Below are positions 30,987-43,500 of a DNA stretch of 64,000 nt, one piece after another (within the stretch, counting starts at the first letter, position 1; each line of letters starts with the position of its first letter). This DNA comes from Rebecca billardiae RCC1528 (lineage: Eukaryota > Protista > Haptophyta): positions 992,001 to 1,056,000 of the forward strand of contig OZ251244.1 of assembly GCA_965240325.2 (NCBI GenBank). The letters run 5' to 3'. The notes beneath the pieces are model-generated. The model saw nothing but the letters and a program-made list of their open reading frames with translations. It had not been told where the DNA came from and ran no database searches. The position numbers and the translations under genes are program-made.

Positions 30987-32539
30987 CTAGCTCGCCGCCG
31001 CCCACGCTTGCCTCGGCGCCGCGGCCGACGCGGCCGGCCCACCGCGCGCGCTGCCGTCGGATGCAGCGACGCCCGCCGACGCCACGGTCACGGCCCCGGC
31101 CGCGTCCGTGGCGCTCGCGCCCGCCGCCGCCGCGTCGGGCGGCGGCGCCGCGGCGGCCGCGCCGTGGTGGTGCCCGTGCGCCAGCCTGCGCGCGCGGTCA
31201 AAGCTGCAGAAGTCGAGCGCGTTCGGCTGCGGCAGCGCGTGCTCGAGCACGTCCGAGCCGTCCTCGGCGAAGCTCGAGTAGTGCGCGAGCATCACCAGCG
31301 AGGCGTTGGTCGCCAGCCGGCCCTGCTGCCCGCCGTCGAGCAGCAGCTCGTAGTGCACCGTCGACGGCTTCATGCCCGGGTACTCGTCGAGCCGCACGAC
31401 GCCCTCGACGCGGAGTCTGACTGCGGAGCGCGCGTCGTCGGAGACAACCTGGAAATCGCCCCACACCGCCGCGCCCAGCTTGCGCAGCCCGTGCTCCGCG
31501 CCGCCGCGCGTGCCCGCCTTCGCCAGCACGCGCGCGACCACGGGCGGCGGCCGCCACGTCGTCAGCAGCACGACCCGCCCGTCGGGGCAGAAGCGCAGGT
31601 ACCGCCAGTATTGGGCCTGGCGCGCGGGCGCAGGAGAGTGGGCACGCGGGCGGCAGAGGGCTCAGCGGCGCACGCACGCACGCGGCGGCGCCGTGCAACC
31701 CGGGCACCGGCCGCGCGCCCAGGCGGCCGCGAGCGCAGCACAGCGCGCAGCAGCCCCGCCCCGCGCGCCCACGCACACCCCGCCCGCTGCCAGAGCCCTC
31801 GCTGACGCCCCACGCGCCGCCCTCCTCCGCGCCCCGCGCCCCCGCTTGCCGCTGCCAACTCTCGCGCCGCGCTGCTCGCGGCCGCACCTGTACGAGCTTG
31901 CCCTGATAAAAGTCACGGCCGGCCTCCTTCATCCCGCGGCCCTCGGGCATGCCGCGCGTGTACGTGGTCACCTCCACGTGGTACACGCCGTCCGTGCGCA
32001 GCCGCGGCCGCGTCAGGAACTGCGCCACATGCCGCAGCCGCGCCGGGCCGGGCGCAGCGCGCGCGACGGCGTGAGAAGGCGCACGGCGGCGGCGACGGCG
32101 CGCGCGCGCGCGGCTCGAGGGCGCGCACCATTCGCCTCCAGCTCCAGCCGTACTCGAGCAGCACGTCCGTGCACGGTACGAACCCCGGCAGCCGCCACGC
32201 CTTGAGGCACCGCGCTTCCCAGAGGGCTGGGTTGGCGGTCGCGCGCTGCAGCGTGGTGCAGACCATGCCGAGGCGGCCGAGGTCGAGGAACGGGAGGGAG
32301 GTGCAGATCTTCACCCACACCTCCTCGCCCGGGGCGAGGCCAAAGCCCCGGTCCTCCTCGTCCGCCGACGCGCCGCCGTTGGAGGTCGCCGACGGCACGC
32401 GGTACAGACCCAGCCACGGTCGGTCGAGGGAATTGCGCAGGATCTGGCCGAGCGGCGGGCGGACGAGCGCGCTCGGCAGCTCGTCGGCCTCCCTCTCCGC
32501 GCCCACGGCGTCGTGGATCTCCTCCTCCGCCTCCGCCAT
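30987..32539 (-). CDS. F-box protein, FBXO9/Hrt3 family (multi-exon)
   Basis: F-box (EEVWVKICTSLPFLDLGRLGMVC...LWEARC), then WSWRRM-FLTRPRLRTDGVY and YWRYLRFCPDG motifs, split by GT-AG introns. Confidence 0.8.
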
Positions 32540-32792
32540 GCGCACCGCGGTCGGGGCTGCGCGGGGGTGAGCACGCTCTGCCTGCTGCCACCCTCCCCTG
32601 CTGAGGAAGCGCGAACTCGGCCACGGATTCGCGCCCGCCCGCGGCCGGCCGGGCGGCCGTCTGCCCGGGGCGCAAGCTGAACCTTGATGCGCGAAGTGCG
32701 AACAGGCGCGCTCACGCTCGCTCAGCGTGCACGCGGATTCGCGGCCATCGCGGGATCCGTGCGCGGCCGTGCGCGTCCTCATCCCAGCGCGC

Positions 32793-33986
32793 ATGTCGGG
32801 CCTCGAGGAGCCCTCACTCACGCTGCTGCTGCAATCGCCGAGCGACGTGCTCGCTCTCGTCCTCTCCACCGTCCTCATCACCTCCGCCCTCGTCGTCGTC
32901 CAGTCGCTCGCGCGCGGCGTGGAGGAGATGGCGGCGCTGGGGCCGCACGGCGCGCGCGCGGACGGCGCGCGCGCCGAGGGCGCGCAGGCGAGCGGCGGCG
33001 GCACGCGAGCGCGCGGCCTCGCGGGATTCTTCGCGCGTGGCGCACCCGCCGACCCACCGGCCGCCGCCGACGCCGACGCCTCCTTCGACGAGCGCGTGGA
33101 GCAGGTGCGCGCGCTCGTGAAGGCGGCGGGCGTGAGCGACGACCCGGACGACCCGTCGCCGCACTCGGCGGACCGGGAGCTGCGGCGGTACCTGCGCGCG
33201 GTGGGCGGGTCGAACGTGGAGCACGCCGCGCGGCGCGTCGTGGCCACCCAGCGCTGGCGCCTCGAGCACCGCCCGTGGACGTGGACGTGCACCTTCTGCG
33301 AGAAGAGCGCCGGGCACCACACGTGGCGGCAAGTCGGTTACGACCGTAACGGCCGGCCGGTGGTGTACTCGTGCCTGGCGCAGGCGGCGACGCACAGGTA
33401 CACCGCTGCGTGCGCCGTCGAGCACATCGTCTTCGCGATCGAGCAGGCGGTGCGCACCATGCCCGCCACCGAGTCCGGCTGGGTGTGGGTGTGCGATTTC
33501 TCCGGATTCTCGATCCGCGCGGTCGACCTCTCGATGACCGCGGCGGTCGTGCGCGTCGTCGCCGAGCACTACCCGGAGCGGCTGGCGCTGTTCATGTGCG
33601 TGAACGCGCCGCGCGTGTTCGTGCCCGTCTGGCGCGCCATGCGCGCCTTCACCGACCCGGTCACCTTCCGCAAGGCCGACTTTGTCTGCGGCGAGGCGAC
33701 GACGCGGCAGGCGCTGCAGGAGCTGGCCGAGACCGAGCTGGCGGAGTGGCTGCTGGCCGAGCTGTCGCTCAACCTGCAGCGCCCGCTGCCGCCGTCGCAG
33801 TCGAAGGGCGGGTTCTGGCGGCCGCCGCCGGAGGGCGTGGCGCACGACCCGCGCGCGTGCCCCTCGTTCGTCGCGCAGCACATCGCGCCCGCCGAGCGCG
33901 GCGAGGGCTGGCGACTTGGCCACCTGCCGCACCCAAACATCCGGCAGGCGTGCGAGGAGTGCGCAGCCGCCGCCGCGGCACGGTGA
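32793..33986 (+). CDS. CRAL-TRIO (Sec14-like) lipid-binding protein with N-terminal membrane anchor
   Basis: Motifs LRRYLRA, TQRWR, GYDRNGRPVVY, WVWVCDFSGFS, HYPERLALFMCVNAPRVFVPVWRAMRAFTDPVTFRK. Confidence 0.9.
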   Translation: MSGLEEPSLTLLLQSPSDVLALVLSTVLITSALVVVQSLARGVEEMAALGPHGARADGARAEGAQASGGGTRARGLAGFFARGAPADPPAAADADASFDERVEQVRALVKAAGVSDDPDDPSPHSADRELRRYLRAVGGSNVEHAARRVVATQRWRLEHRPWTWTCTFCEKSAGHHTWRQVGYDRNGRPVVYSCLAQAATHRYTAACAVEHIVFAIEQAVRTMPATESGWVWVCDFSGFSIRAVDLSMTAAVVRVVAEHYPERLALFMCVNAPRVFVPVWRAMRAFTDPVTFRKADFVCGEATTRQALQELAETELAEWLLAELSLNLQRPLPPSQSKGGFWRPPPEGVAHDPRACPSFVAQHIAPAERGEGWRLGHLPHPNIRQACEECAAAAAAR

Positions 33987-34265
33987 GCGTTGGTTGGGCC
34001 TTGGGACCGCCGACGCGCGCCGTGCGTCCCGGGCGCCAGCCAACGTTCTGATCGCCGCGGAGGGCAGCGCTTGCAACGCTCGGCGCCAGCTGCTGGTGGA
34101 GTGCCCGAGTGGCGGTGGTGCCGCGGGCGCCGGTACCTTATGATTCACCCCGGATGGCTCCTAATCCGATGGCGAGCTGCTCAGGCAGCGGCTGACGTGA
34201 GTCAGTCGCGAGCTTGGCAGCAACACTGATGCATTGACGATATACGGTGCAGCATATTACCGCGG

Positions 34266-34268
<3 letters not shown>

Positions 34269-34340
<72 letters not shown>
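34269..34340. repeat. (CT)n microsatellite
   Basis: Perfect CT run of about 70 bp. Confidence 0.95.
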
Positions 34341-34341
<1 letters not shown>

Positions 34342-34854
34342 AGCTCTGCTACTAATTAATGTGCCGCCGGCGGTGGCTTAGTAGCCTGCATGTGACGGTA
34401 GGCTGGCAGTTCAATGTTCATCGGACCGTGCTGCTGCCTCCGGCCCGCGGGCACTTCAGCAGCCCGCACTAGCGCCGAGTAGCACCAGTGATGACGACGC
34501 CGTTATATTATATATTGTCAACACCAAGGAGCACACGAGGGCACTGTCAGCCACCACGAGTCCACGCCTCGGTACGTCGTCCGAGCTCGGAGCTGCTCAC
34601 CGGCACCGCGCGCGGGCGCGCCGGCCGCGCTTGGCGCTGCCGTGGCGCCCGGCGCCGCGGCCAGAGGAGTGAGCGCGGGGGCCCCCGGCGGGCTCCGCTC
34701 ACTCAGTGCCGCCGCGGGGCTGCAGTCTGCGCACTGACTCAGTCTCATACTCCCAGCATCATCTTGGACAACGGCGGTGCAAAGCACCCCGCCCTCACAT
34801 TTCATTATCATGCAATAGTCCCAGGTGCGCAGCCTCAGATCACACGGCAGATGA

Positions 34855-35610
34855 TCACACCAGCCGCTCCGACCGCGTTGTGGTCGAGAATGGCACCATT
34901 CGCGCAGCCTTCGGGGCCCGACGGCGCTTTGGGCCCCGGCGGCGGGCATCGCCACCTTCGGACCCCGAAGGAGGCTCCTCCTGAGACTTGGGGCGAGCCA
35001 CGAAGCGTCCGCGTGCGCCACGCTCCCTCCGCCACCACTCTGAGCCGCCGCCTGTGCCATCATCATCGCTCCCACTGCCCCCACTGCCATCCTGATCGCT
35101 CCCGCCTTCGGGCCCCGAAGGCGGCTCCTCCTGAGGCGTTGGGCGAGGCACGAGGCGCCCGTGTGCGCCACGCTCCTGCCCCCGCCACCACTCTGAGCCG
35201 CCGTCACTGCCGGCCTCCGAGTCGCCATTTTTCGGCTGCTTGTTCCTGCGCCGCACATGATGTGACTGCGACTTCGAGCTCAGGAATCGCCCCCTCTTAC
35301 CTCGGATGGAGTGGATGTACCTGGGCTTTCCTTCTGGCTGGAGAGCGTCCGTGGGCCGCTTCTCCACGTCCGCTCCCGACTCTGCCTCCTCCGCCGCCTG
35401 ATCCGCCACCTCGATCAGATGCTCCAGCTCGGCGGCGCGCGAGACGTCGCCGTGCAGCATGAGCAGCATCGCAGCGTCGTCGACGGCCTGCCGCTGGGTC
35501 TTCTCCTGGAGGCGCGTTGACTTGCCGGGTGGGCCGATCGGAGCGGGCAGGCCCAGCATGCCCACTCTCCGCGAGGCCTCGCCACCTTCCGCGCCGCCGG
35601 GGGTGGCCAT
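34855..35610 (-). CDS. Orphan basic protein, tandem paralog 1
   Basis: Begins MATPGGAEGGEASRRVG. Nearly identical to 35894..36472 over the first ~110 aa. Has a duplicated GGSEWWR..ERGARGRFV unit. Confidence 0.55.
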   Translation of the reverse strand: MATPGGAEGGEASRRVGMLGLPAPIGPPGKSTRLQEKTQRQAVDDAAMLLMLHGDVSRAAELEHLIEVADQAAEEAESGADVEKRPTDALQPEGKPRYIHSIRGKRGRFLSSKSQSHHVRRRNKQPKNGDSEAGSDGGSEWWRGQERGAHGRLVPRPTPQEEPPSGPEGGSDQDGSGGSGSDDDGTGGGSEWWRRERGARGRFVARPKSQEEPPSGSEGGDARRRGPKRRRAPKAARMVPFSTTTRSERLV

Positions 35611-35893
35611 ATGGTACGCCCACCGCGTCGGAGGGTGGCCGGCCGTCGCGGTCGGTTGGAGGCTTGGAGGCCGACGCGACACGGACCACGAAGCATTTTG
35701 CTTTTTATTGCCTGTGGCTGTGTGCTAGCAAGGACCCGCTAGCTACGGTACGTTGCCGTTGGTACTCACTCAGTGTTCATGACTCGACGCCCCAGTGATG
35801 TCCGGGCCTGATCGCTGATGCGCTCAAGCAGTCGTGCTCACACGATGCCAGTGCCACTGTCGTGATGCAGGCGTGCGGCGCAGCCGCAGCGCC

Positions 35894-36472
35894 TCACCCG
35901 GCTGCAGGCTCGAGCGGCGCTGCCAGCCCCGACCGCGTCGTCGTCGAGAATGGCACCATCTCCTTCGAGGGCTCTTCCTGAGACTTGGAGCGAGCCACGA
36001 AATGTCCGCGTGCGTCACGCTCCCGCCACCGCCACCCATCTGAGCCGCCGCCACTGCCCGCCTCCGCGCGCGCAGCCTCCATCTTCGGCGGCGTCTTGCC
36101 GTCCCTCCTCTCCGCCAGTGCCTTCGCCCTCTTACTCATGAACCGCCCCCTCTTACTTCGGATGGAGTGGATGTACCTGGGCTTTCGCTCTGGCTGGAGA
36201 GCGTCCGTGGGCCGCTTCTCCACGTCCGCTCCCGCCTCTGCCTCCTCCGCCGCCTGATCCGCCACCTCGATCAGATGCTCCAGCTCGGCGGCGCGCGAGA
36301 CGTCGCCGCGCAGCATGAGCAGCATCGCAGCGTCGTCGACGGCCTGCCGCTGGCTCTTCTTGCGGAGGCGCGTTGACTTGCCGCGTGCCCGTGGGCCGAT
36401 CTGAGCGGGCAGGCCCAGCATGCCCACTCTCCGCGAGGCCTCGCCGCCTTCCGCGCCGCCGGGGGTGGCCAT
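35894..36472 (-). CDS. Orphan basic protein, tandem paralog 2
   Basis: Paralog of 34855..35610; the reading frame is conserved in both copies despite indels. Confidence 0.55.
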   Translation of the reverse strand: MATPGGAEGGEASRRVGMLGLPAQIGPRARGKSTRLRKKSQRQAVDDAAMLLMLRGDVSRAAELEHLIEVADQAAEEAEAGADVEKRPTDALQPERKPRYIHSIRSKRGRFMSKRAKALAERRDGKTPPKMEAARAEAGSGGGSDGWRWRERDARGHFVARSKSQEEPSKEMVPFSTTTRSGLAAPLEPAAG

Positions 36473-36565
36473 GCCCAACCGCGTCGGCCGGGTCCCACGA
36501 ATTGCCCGCCGGCGCGGAAGTCCCGCACACGTCGGTGTGCCGATGAAACATTTTGCTTTTTGTGT

Positions 36566-37329
36566 TTAATTTTTGTGACGATAATAAAACTGTGCCCTGG
36601 CGGGCGGGGGGGTCGGCGGGCCGTGCCAGTGCTGTCGCAATGTATCCTTTGCGGGTTCGCGTCTTTCCACATTTGCTCGTGGCCGTGGGTGACTGATCAT
36701 TGACAGTCGAGTGCAAGGACCAGTGACACGTGAAGTTGGCTCCCCGACGAGTTCACGGTCTGTACTCTTAGAGTATTGTATGCGCATCAGCGAGGCCCAC
36801 ACCCACGAGGGAATGTGCAGCACGCGGGGCGGGGCGGGTAGCCCGTTGCTCCGCGCGAGCGCGGGTACGCGCTGTATGTGCCGCATCTCGACCGCGATGG
36901 CGTAATCGAGCGCCTCGCCGCCGACGAAGCCGCCAGAGTAGATCATGTGCATGTCCTCCTGCCGCCAGCCGAGAGCGGTCGTCGCGAGGATGCTTGTCGA
37001 TGTCGGCTCCAGGCATGATGGGCTCGGCGCAGGTCGCGTTGACGTCGTACACGGCCACCACGCTGAGCACGAGCGCGTTGACGTTCACGCGGTCGTCGCT
37101 CTTCGCATCTTCGACAGGTCTGGCGCTCGCGTGCTCGGCGGCACGAGGAGCTGTTGGTTGTGCGCGCGCGCGCGCACAGCGACAGCGTGTGCCACTCGCA
37201 ATCGAGAGTGGGCAAGCGCTGCTCACGCGAGCACACGAATCGCAGCGCATCCGTCACCGGCGTGACGACTTCCGCCTCGTCCCGCAGCGCCTGCGCCATG
37301 GACGAGGCCATGGCGCGGCGATGTTGCAT
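36566..37329 (-). pseudogene. Fragmented coding-like sequence, weakly resembling the start of a Ulp1/C48 protease domain
   Basis: Three successive short frames with protein-like composition. The last reads EDMHMIYSGGFVGGEALDYAI...VLHIPSWVWASLM. No catalytic H/D/C region is seen. Confidence 0.3.
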
Positions 37330-38496
37330 GCTCGACGTTTCATCTCTCTGCGGATGGCATCACGGGCTTGTCTGTGTCGCGCTGCGGCGAGGGTCGCCAA
37401 CTCGCGATGACACGGTTGCTGCCACGGCGACAGACCCGGGAGGTGCGTCCGCTGCGCGTCGTACGCCGTTGGCGCTGCGCTTCCGTCGCATTGGTCACCG
37501 TCGACGCCATGCAGGCCGGACGTGGGCTTCGGCCGAGGGACCGGACCGCGAGCAATGACTGAGTCCGGTGCGCGGATTCCGGCGATCGAGTTCAAGGCCG
37601 CGCCAAATCTTGCGTCGCGTGCGATGGCGCTTCCCGCCCGCGAGACGCCTCGTGATGAGTGCTTTCTCGCACCGAGCCCGACGCGCGACGGTGGATCGCG
37701 CGAGGCGGTCATCGTGCGCAGCGCATGATGCTATGGCCGGTGCGAGCTTTCGACGTGCACGTCGGGCGAGGATCGCCCCAGGTCGCACGATCGTGTCGAC
37801 GCGCCGAGCGTACCGCTCCAAACGCGTCGATTTAGCCCCCGTTCGACCTGCACGCGAGACGACGAGGGCAGCAATCGCGAATCGGGCGAAAACACGTCTC
37901 GGGAGTCCTCGTGCGATGTCCGCGCCGGCGTTGGATTTGGCGCGCGCGGCCCATGCGCTCCGCGCCAGGCGCCAGATGGTTTTCGGCCGAGCGTCCCCAG
38001 TGGGAGCTGCGAGGGCGCCCGGTAGTGAGCGAAGCGATTTTCTTTTCTCTGCGAGGCGATTTTCTTTTTTTTCCTTTTCTTTTTCTTATCTTTTTCCCGG
38101 GCACTACAAGGGGCGGACCTACGGCCCGCCATATGTGTGCCGAGCCCGATGAAAGCCACGCGAGTCCTCCGGTCGTCGTGGCGCCTCTGTCAATCAAACC
38201 GACACTGACACTGCGCGCAGCCGGCAGCGGCATCTGGCCCGCTGTCCCGCCGCATCGGCGTCGACCATCATCGCCTGCCGTGCTCAGACAGTCAGACGAA
38301 GCCTGAACGGCTGAACGCGCCGCCGCGAGCGAGGCCTCGTGGCACCAATCTTCAGCTGGCAATCAGCCTGCAGGCCCGGCCGACCCGGGCCAGTCGCTCC
38401 CGGGCCGAGCAGCGGGGCATTCGCTGGCGACGCGAGCCACACGGCCCGACGTCCGCGGACGTAGCGACCCCGCGTCCAGTGGCCACCGACCGAGCC

Positions 38497-40282
38497 TCAG
38501 CCGGTGCAGCCGATCTTATTGTTCTTCTTAAAGTCGTGCTGGTGCAGCCACAGGTTGATCGAGTATTTCATCCCGCGCGTGACGGGCTCGGCGATGTGCT
38601 CGGTGCGCTCGTCGCAGTCCTCCGGCAGCTCGTCGAGCACCGACGGCCACAGCACCGCCCGCCCGCGCTTCGGCTGCACCTGCAGCCCGAGCCTCGGGAA
38701 GCTCGTCTGCCCGCCCTCCTCCACGTCCGTCAGGTACAGGAACAGGGTGAGCACGCGCGCGCCGCACGGCATCTCGCGGTGCGCGGGGATGTAGTCGTTG
38801 TGCGCCCTGTAGTACTGGGAGATGTCGTACCGCAGGAACTGCCGAGGCGCACGTCGGCACAGCCGGGCGGAGCGCACCGGCAGTGCACGCAGCCCGAGCG
38901 GGAGGGGCGGCGGCAACGGCAGGGGCGCCGTGCGCGGGAGGCGGCGGCGGCAGGGGCGTGCGCGCGGGAGGCGGCGCTCTGCGCGTCAGCCGCGCAGACC
39001 CCTCGCGCCGCGCGCGCGGCGCCGCGCTGCGCACCTGCGGGAACTCGTGGTTCGCGTCGGGGACGCCCGTGACGCTCTCCGCCCGATCCCGCAGCACCTT
39101 CACGGCGGTCGTGTTGAGGCAATCGTCCTCACACCTGCCGCGGTGCAGGCGGAGGGGCGGCGCACGGCGCGAGCGCGCGCGCCAAGCGGTCGGCGCGCCG
39201 CGCGCGCGCCCAGCGCACCGTTGCGTGCGCCGCGGAGCGCGTGGCGCGGCCCGGCGCGCCGCGCTCCTCCCGCGCTCGCGCCCGCGCGCACGCCCGCTTG
39301 CCAGCCGCACCCCCGCGGCCGCGCACCAGTTGGTCCACGAGGTCCGGTAGTCGGACTGCGTCGGGATGAGCGTGCCCTCCTCGTCCATCTTGCCTGTGCC
39401 CTGGCTGGGCGTGAAGTGCTTCTCGCCCTCGCGGCGCGCGACGTCGAGGATGGCCTGCGCCTCGGCGTCGGAGAGGAAGCTGTCGAACACGACGACCCAC
39501 GGGTCCCGCGAGAGCACGCGCGGCTGCAGCGGCGCCACCGCCGGGTCGTGCTCGATGCGCTCGAACGTCTTTTGCATGTCGCCGGCGCCGAGGGCGAGCG
39601 GCAAGTCCGGGTCCTTCTTGCACCGCTTGCCGAAGTCGGCCCAGTCGCACGTGGCGCAGGAGAGCGCGCAGTGGATCTGCATGTACCTCGGGTTCGCGTC
39701 GCACTCGCCCGTCTTTGCCCAGAACGGGCACTCCGCCGCTTTGTCCTTACACTTGGGGTTGGCGCGCCTTCGCGCCTCGCGCGCCGCCTTGCCCCACGGC
39801 GCGTCGTCGCCGCCGTCCTCGGGCTCGGGCGCGGCGGCGTGCGTGTGGCACACGTCGCACGCGCGCGGGCACCGCGCGTGCATGAACTCGGGGTTCTTCT
39901 CGCACTCGCCCATCTCGCGCCACGCCGCGCAGTGCTCCTCATAGTCTGCGCACGACGCGTCGTCGGCGGCGGCGGCCGCGTGCCGCTCGCGGTCGGCCGG
40001 GACGGGCGAGCTCGCGGTCGGCGTGGACATCTCGCTCATGCGCGCGTCGCGCCCTGCCGCTCGGCCGCCACGCTGATGCTCGGCCGCGCCGCCGCCGCTC
40101 AGGAGCGGCGCCAAGGCCTCCCACGCGCGTCCGTCGCGCGCGACCGCGGCCGCGAGCAGCGCGACGACCGCGGCCGCGCACACGCCGGCGTAGATCATCC
40201 GCGCCTGCGGCTCGCGGGCAGCCGCCCCCTTCCCCGTCGCCCGCGCTGCGCCCTTCGCCGCGGGCGACTTTTTCTTCGCCAT
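38497..40282 (-). CDS. Prolyl 4-hydroxylase with two ShKT domains (multi-exon)
   Basis: N-terminal TM segment and two ShKT domains (CADYEEHCAAW...GECEKNPEFM...CPRACDVC; CKDKAAECPFWA...C). Catalytic motifs LSRDPWVVVFDSFLSD, YRAHNDY, LFLYLTDVEEGGQTSFP, TEHIAEPVTRGMKYSINLWLH. Confidence 0.92.
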
Positions 40283-40528
40283 CGTGCCTGCCGGTGGGCA
40301 GTCGGCGGGTCGCGCGCGCCACGCGGCTGGAGCGTTGGCCAGAGGCGCCCGACCGGGCTCGCGACGGCTCGACTCCCCTCGCTGATCAGACCCGGGTGAC
40401 TTACAAACGGCGCTTACTCGCTTTTGTAGGAAAAGAGAGAGAGTTACCCGCCCTCGGCCCTGGTCCCACATCAGAACGATGGCGGAGGGACTCCTGATGA
40501 GTCCAGGATGAGTCAATGACGCAGATCA

Positions 40529-43500
40529 TCAGTGATGCATGACGGCGAACAGGTCGGAGCCGCGGCGTTGGAACGCGGGCGGCGGCAGCCGCGTCGCCGG
40601 CGGCGTCTCGACGGCGCGCGCGGCGAACGCGAGCGCGGTGAGCAGCCCCTGGCCGTGAGCGAGCGCGATGCACAGAAGCCAGACGAGGACGCCCGCCGAG
40701 CCCGCCGTGGACATCTTCTCGCCCGCGCCGGCGGAGCCGGCCTGCGCCCACGCGCCGAGCTCCGACGCGAAGAGCGCGGTCTGCAGCACAAGCCGCACGC
40801 CGAGCGACGCGAGCACCACCAGCTCCGGCACGCAGCCGTCCGCCTGCGCGAGCTGGCGCATCGCCTCGCGCCGCGAGGTGCGGGCGCCGTGCCGACCGAC
40901 CGCGCCGCCGCCGGGCGCGGGCGCCGTGAAGCTGCCGCCGTCCGCGTCCGCAGCGCCCGCGGCTCCCCGGCGGCTCGCCGCGTCTCCCGCGTACTGCGCG
41001 CTCGGCGCGGCGGGCAGCGTCCGCGCGCTCGCGTCGGCCGCGCCCGCCGCCGCGGCCGAGCGGCTAAGCACGGCGCCGGCGGCAAGGGCGGCGAGCACGA
41101 GCGCGCACAGGTTAAAGGCGAGCTCGAACGCCAGCTGCGGCACGCCGCCGATGATCCAGATCGAGTACATGTACTCAGGCATCAGCGCTCTGGGCGGCGG
41201 CGCGGGCGGGCGGAGCGCGAACGGCAGCGTGCCCAGCGCACACAACGCGCCGATCAGAGCGGCGGCTCGCGAGCAGCGCGGGCGCCACGGGCGCGCCGCC
41301 GCGGCGGTGGTGGCGGCGGCGGCGGCGAAGGCGGGCCGTGGCCTCCTCGCCGCGCCGCCGCTCGGCGAGCCCTCAACGAGCACGGCGCGCGCGGCCGCGA
41401 GCAGCGCGGCGCTGCGCCGGCCGGGCGCGCGCGCGGCCCTCGACGGCAGCAAGGGCTCAGCCGCGCCGCGCGGCCCAGACCGCTCCCCCGCCGCGCCCGG
41501 CGGTGTGTCATCGCCGTGCCCGCCGGTCTGGCTGGGCATGCCGCCCGTCGTGGGCGCGAGCGCGCCCGCCGAGCCCGCGGAGAGCAGCGAGCGCTCGCTG
41601 CCGAAGCCCTCACCGCCGCGCTCGGCGCGCTGCTGCTCGGCGCCGCCGCCGCCGCCGCCGAGGCGGAAGGTCAGGAGCAGGCTGCTGAGGCGCGCCGCGT
41701 TGGCCAGCGCCCAGAGGCAGCGGTGCGTGGCCGAGCCGGGCGCGCTCGCGGCCGCGCGCGAGCACAGGAGGCAGAGCGCGGAGAAGAGCAGCTGCGCGCG
41801 CAGCAGCACGAGCGCCGGCGCCGGGAGCAGCCGGCAGCCTTCGAACGCGCCGCCGAGCGCGCGCACCCAGCGGCTGGCACCGGCGGCGCGCGCGGCGCGC
41901 GCGAGCTTGGCGCGCGCGGCCGGGCACACGGCGCGCACGGCGCCGCGCGCCGCGGCGGGCAGCGCGAGCGCGGCGCACGCGCCGAGGGAGGCGACGAGGC
42001 ACCCCGAGGAGAAGGCGGCGCACACCGCCCGGAGCCCCTCCGCGTCCATCGCCATCAGCACCGCCGACGAGCCGAGGATCAGCGGGAACGACGCGCCGAG
42101 CGTGATCGCGATCGCGCGAGATGCAATCTCGGGATGGTGGTCGTACGCGGTCGCAAGCGCCGCGATCCACGGCGCGGTCGGCAGCAGACCGTAAATCCAT
42201 GCGAGGCTGGACCACGCGGCGGGCCCGGGGAGCGCGCCGCCGCCGCCGCCGCCGCCGCCGCGCGCCGGCACCAGCTGTGTCAGGCCGTACGAGACGACCG
42301 GCACCACGGCGAGCTTGATCACCACGAGCGCCGCCACAGCCAGCCACCCCAGCTGCTGCTCCGCCCTCGCCCCCGCCGCGGCCGCGGCCGAGCGCGCCGC
42401 GCCCGCCGGCCTCGCGAGGCTCAGCCCGAGGGTGAAGAGAGCCGTCCCCGGGAACGCGCCGCCCAGCACGCCGAGCACCTCGTCGGCGAAGCGCGGCAGC
42501 GCGCGCCGCTCCCCGCCGGGCGCGGCGCCCGTCGTCGTCGCGCCGAGATCGTCGAGATCGTGCCGGAGGGTGCGGAGATTGTAGTGGAGATTGAGAGCGA
42601 GCCCGGCCGCGACCGCGACCGTCGAGATGTTGGTGACGAGCGAGAGTCCGGTGGAGCACAGGACCGAGGCGGCGCGCGCGAGCGGCTCGAGGGCGGCGCG
42701 CAGCCGGCGCGCGCGCCGCGCGCGCGCGGGCTCGCGCGGCACCGCGCCCCGGGACGCGTCCTCCTCGTCCTCGTCGCGATCTGAGCCAGCTCGGCCCGAG
42801 GCGGTGGCGCGGCCGGCGGCGCCGCCGCCGCCGAGCGGCCGCGGACGCAGCGGCTGCGCGTCGACGGCCGCGAGCAGCCCGAGCAACGAGTCGGTCGAGT
42901 CGCTCGCATCCACCGCCCCCACCTCGTCGGCGGGCTCGCCGCCGTCGAGGGCACGCAGCTCGGCCGGGCGGAGCGGCGCGCAGCAGCCGCGCTCGGCCGC
43001 GTCCGCGGCGCGCTCGGCGCGGAGCGGCGGCGCCGCGCGCTCCGAGCCGGCGCCACCGGTGCCGTCGCACTGCGCGGGCACCGCCTCGAGCGACGCCGCC
43101 GAGCGCCGACCGCTGCCCGAGCCATCGTCGGCATCGCTGGCGGCGCTGGCGGCGGCGGCGGCGCGCAGTGCGCGCGGGGCGGATGTGCCCGCCCCGAACG
43201 CGAGCGAGGCCATGAGCGAGCTCAGCATGGCGGTGCTCGGCGCGGCGGAGACGCCGCCCTTGGGCGGCGGCTTGCTCGCGTCCAGGTCCATCAGCGCGAA
43301 GAGCAGCGGGTTCACCGCGAGGCTCTGCAGCGCCGAGAGCAGCACGACCTGGCCGGTGAGCGACGGGAGGAGCGCCTGCATCAGCGGCATCCCGAACGCA
43401 ATGTCGTTGCCGCAGGTGGCGAGCAGCCCGCCCAGGCCGACGGAGCACAGGCGCGAGCCGCGGAGCAGCCGCGCCGTGACCAGCCCGCCCAGCGCCGCCG

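Noticed and set aside
38102-38110. CACTACAAG resembling an En/Spm (CACTA) terminus
   Set aside because: No matching inverted end with a 3-bp TSD was found in the window.
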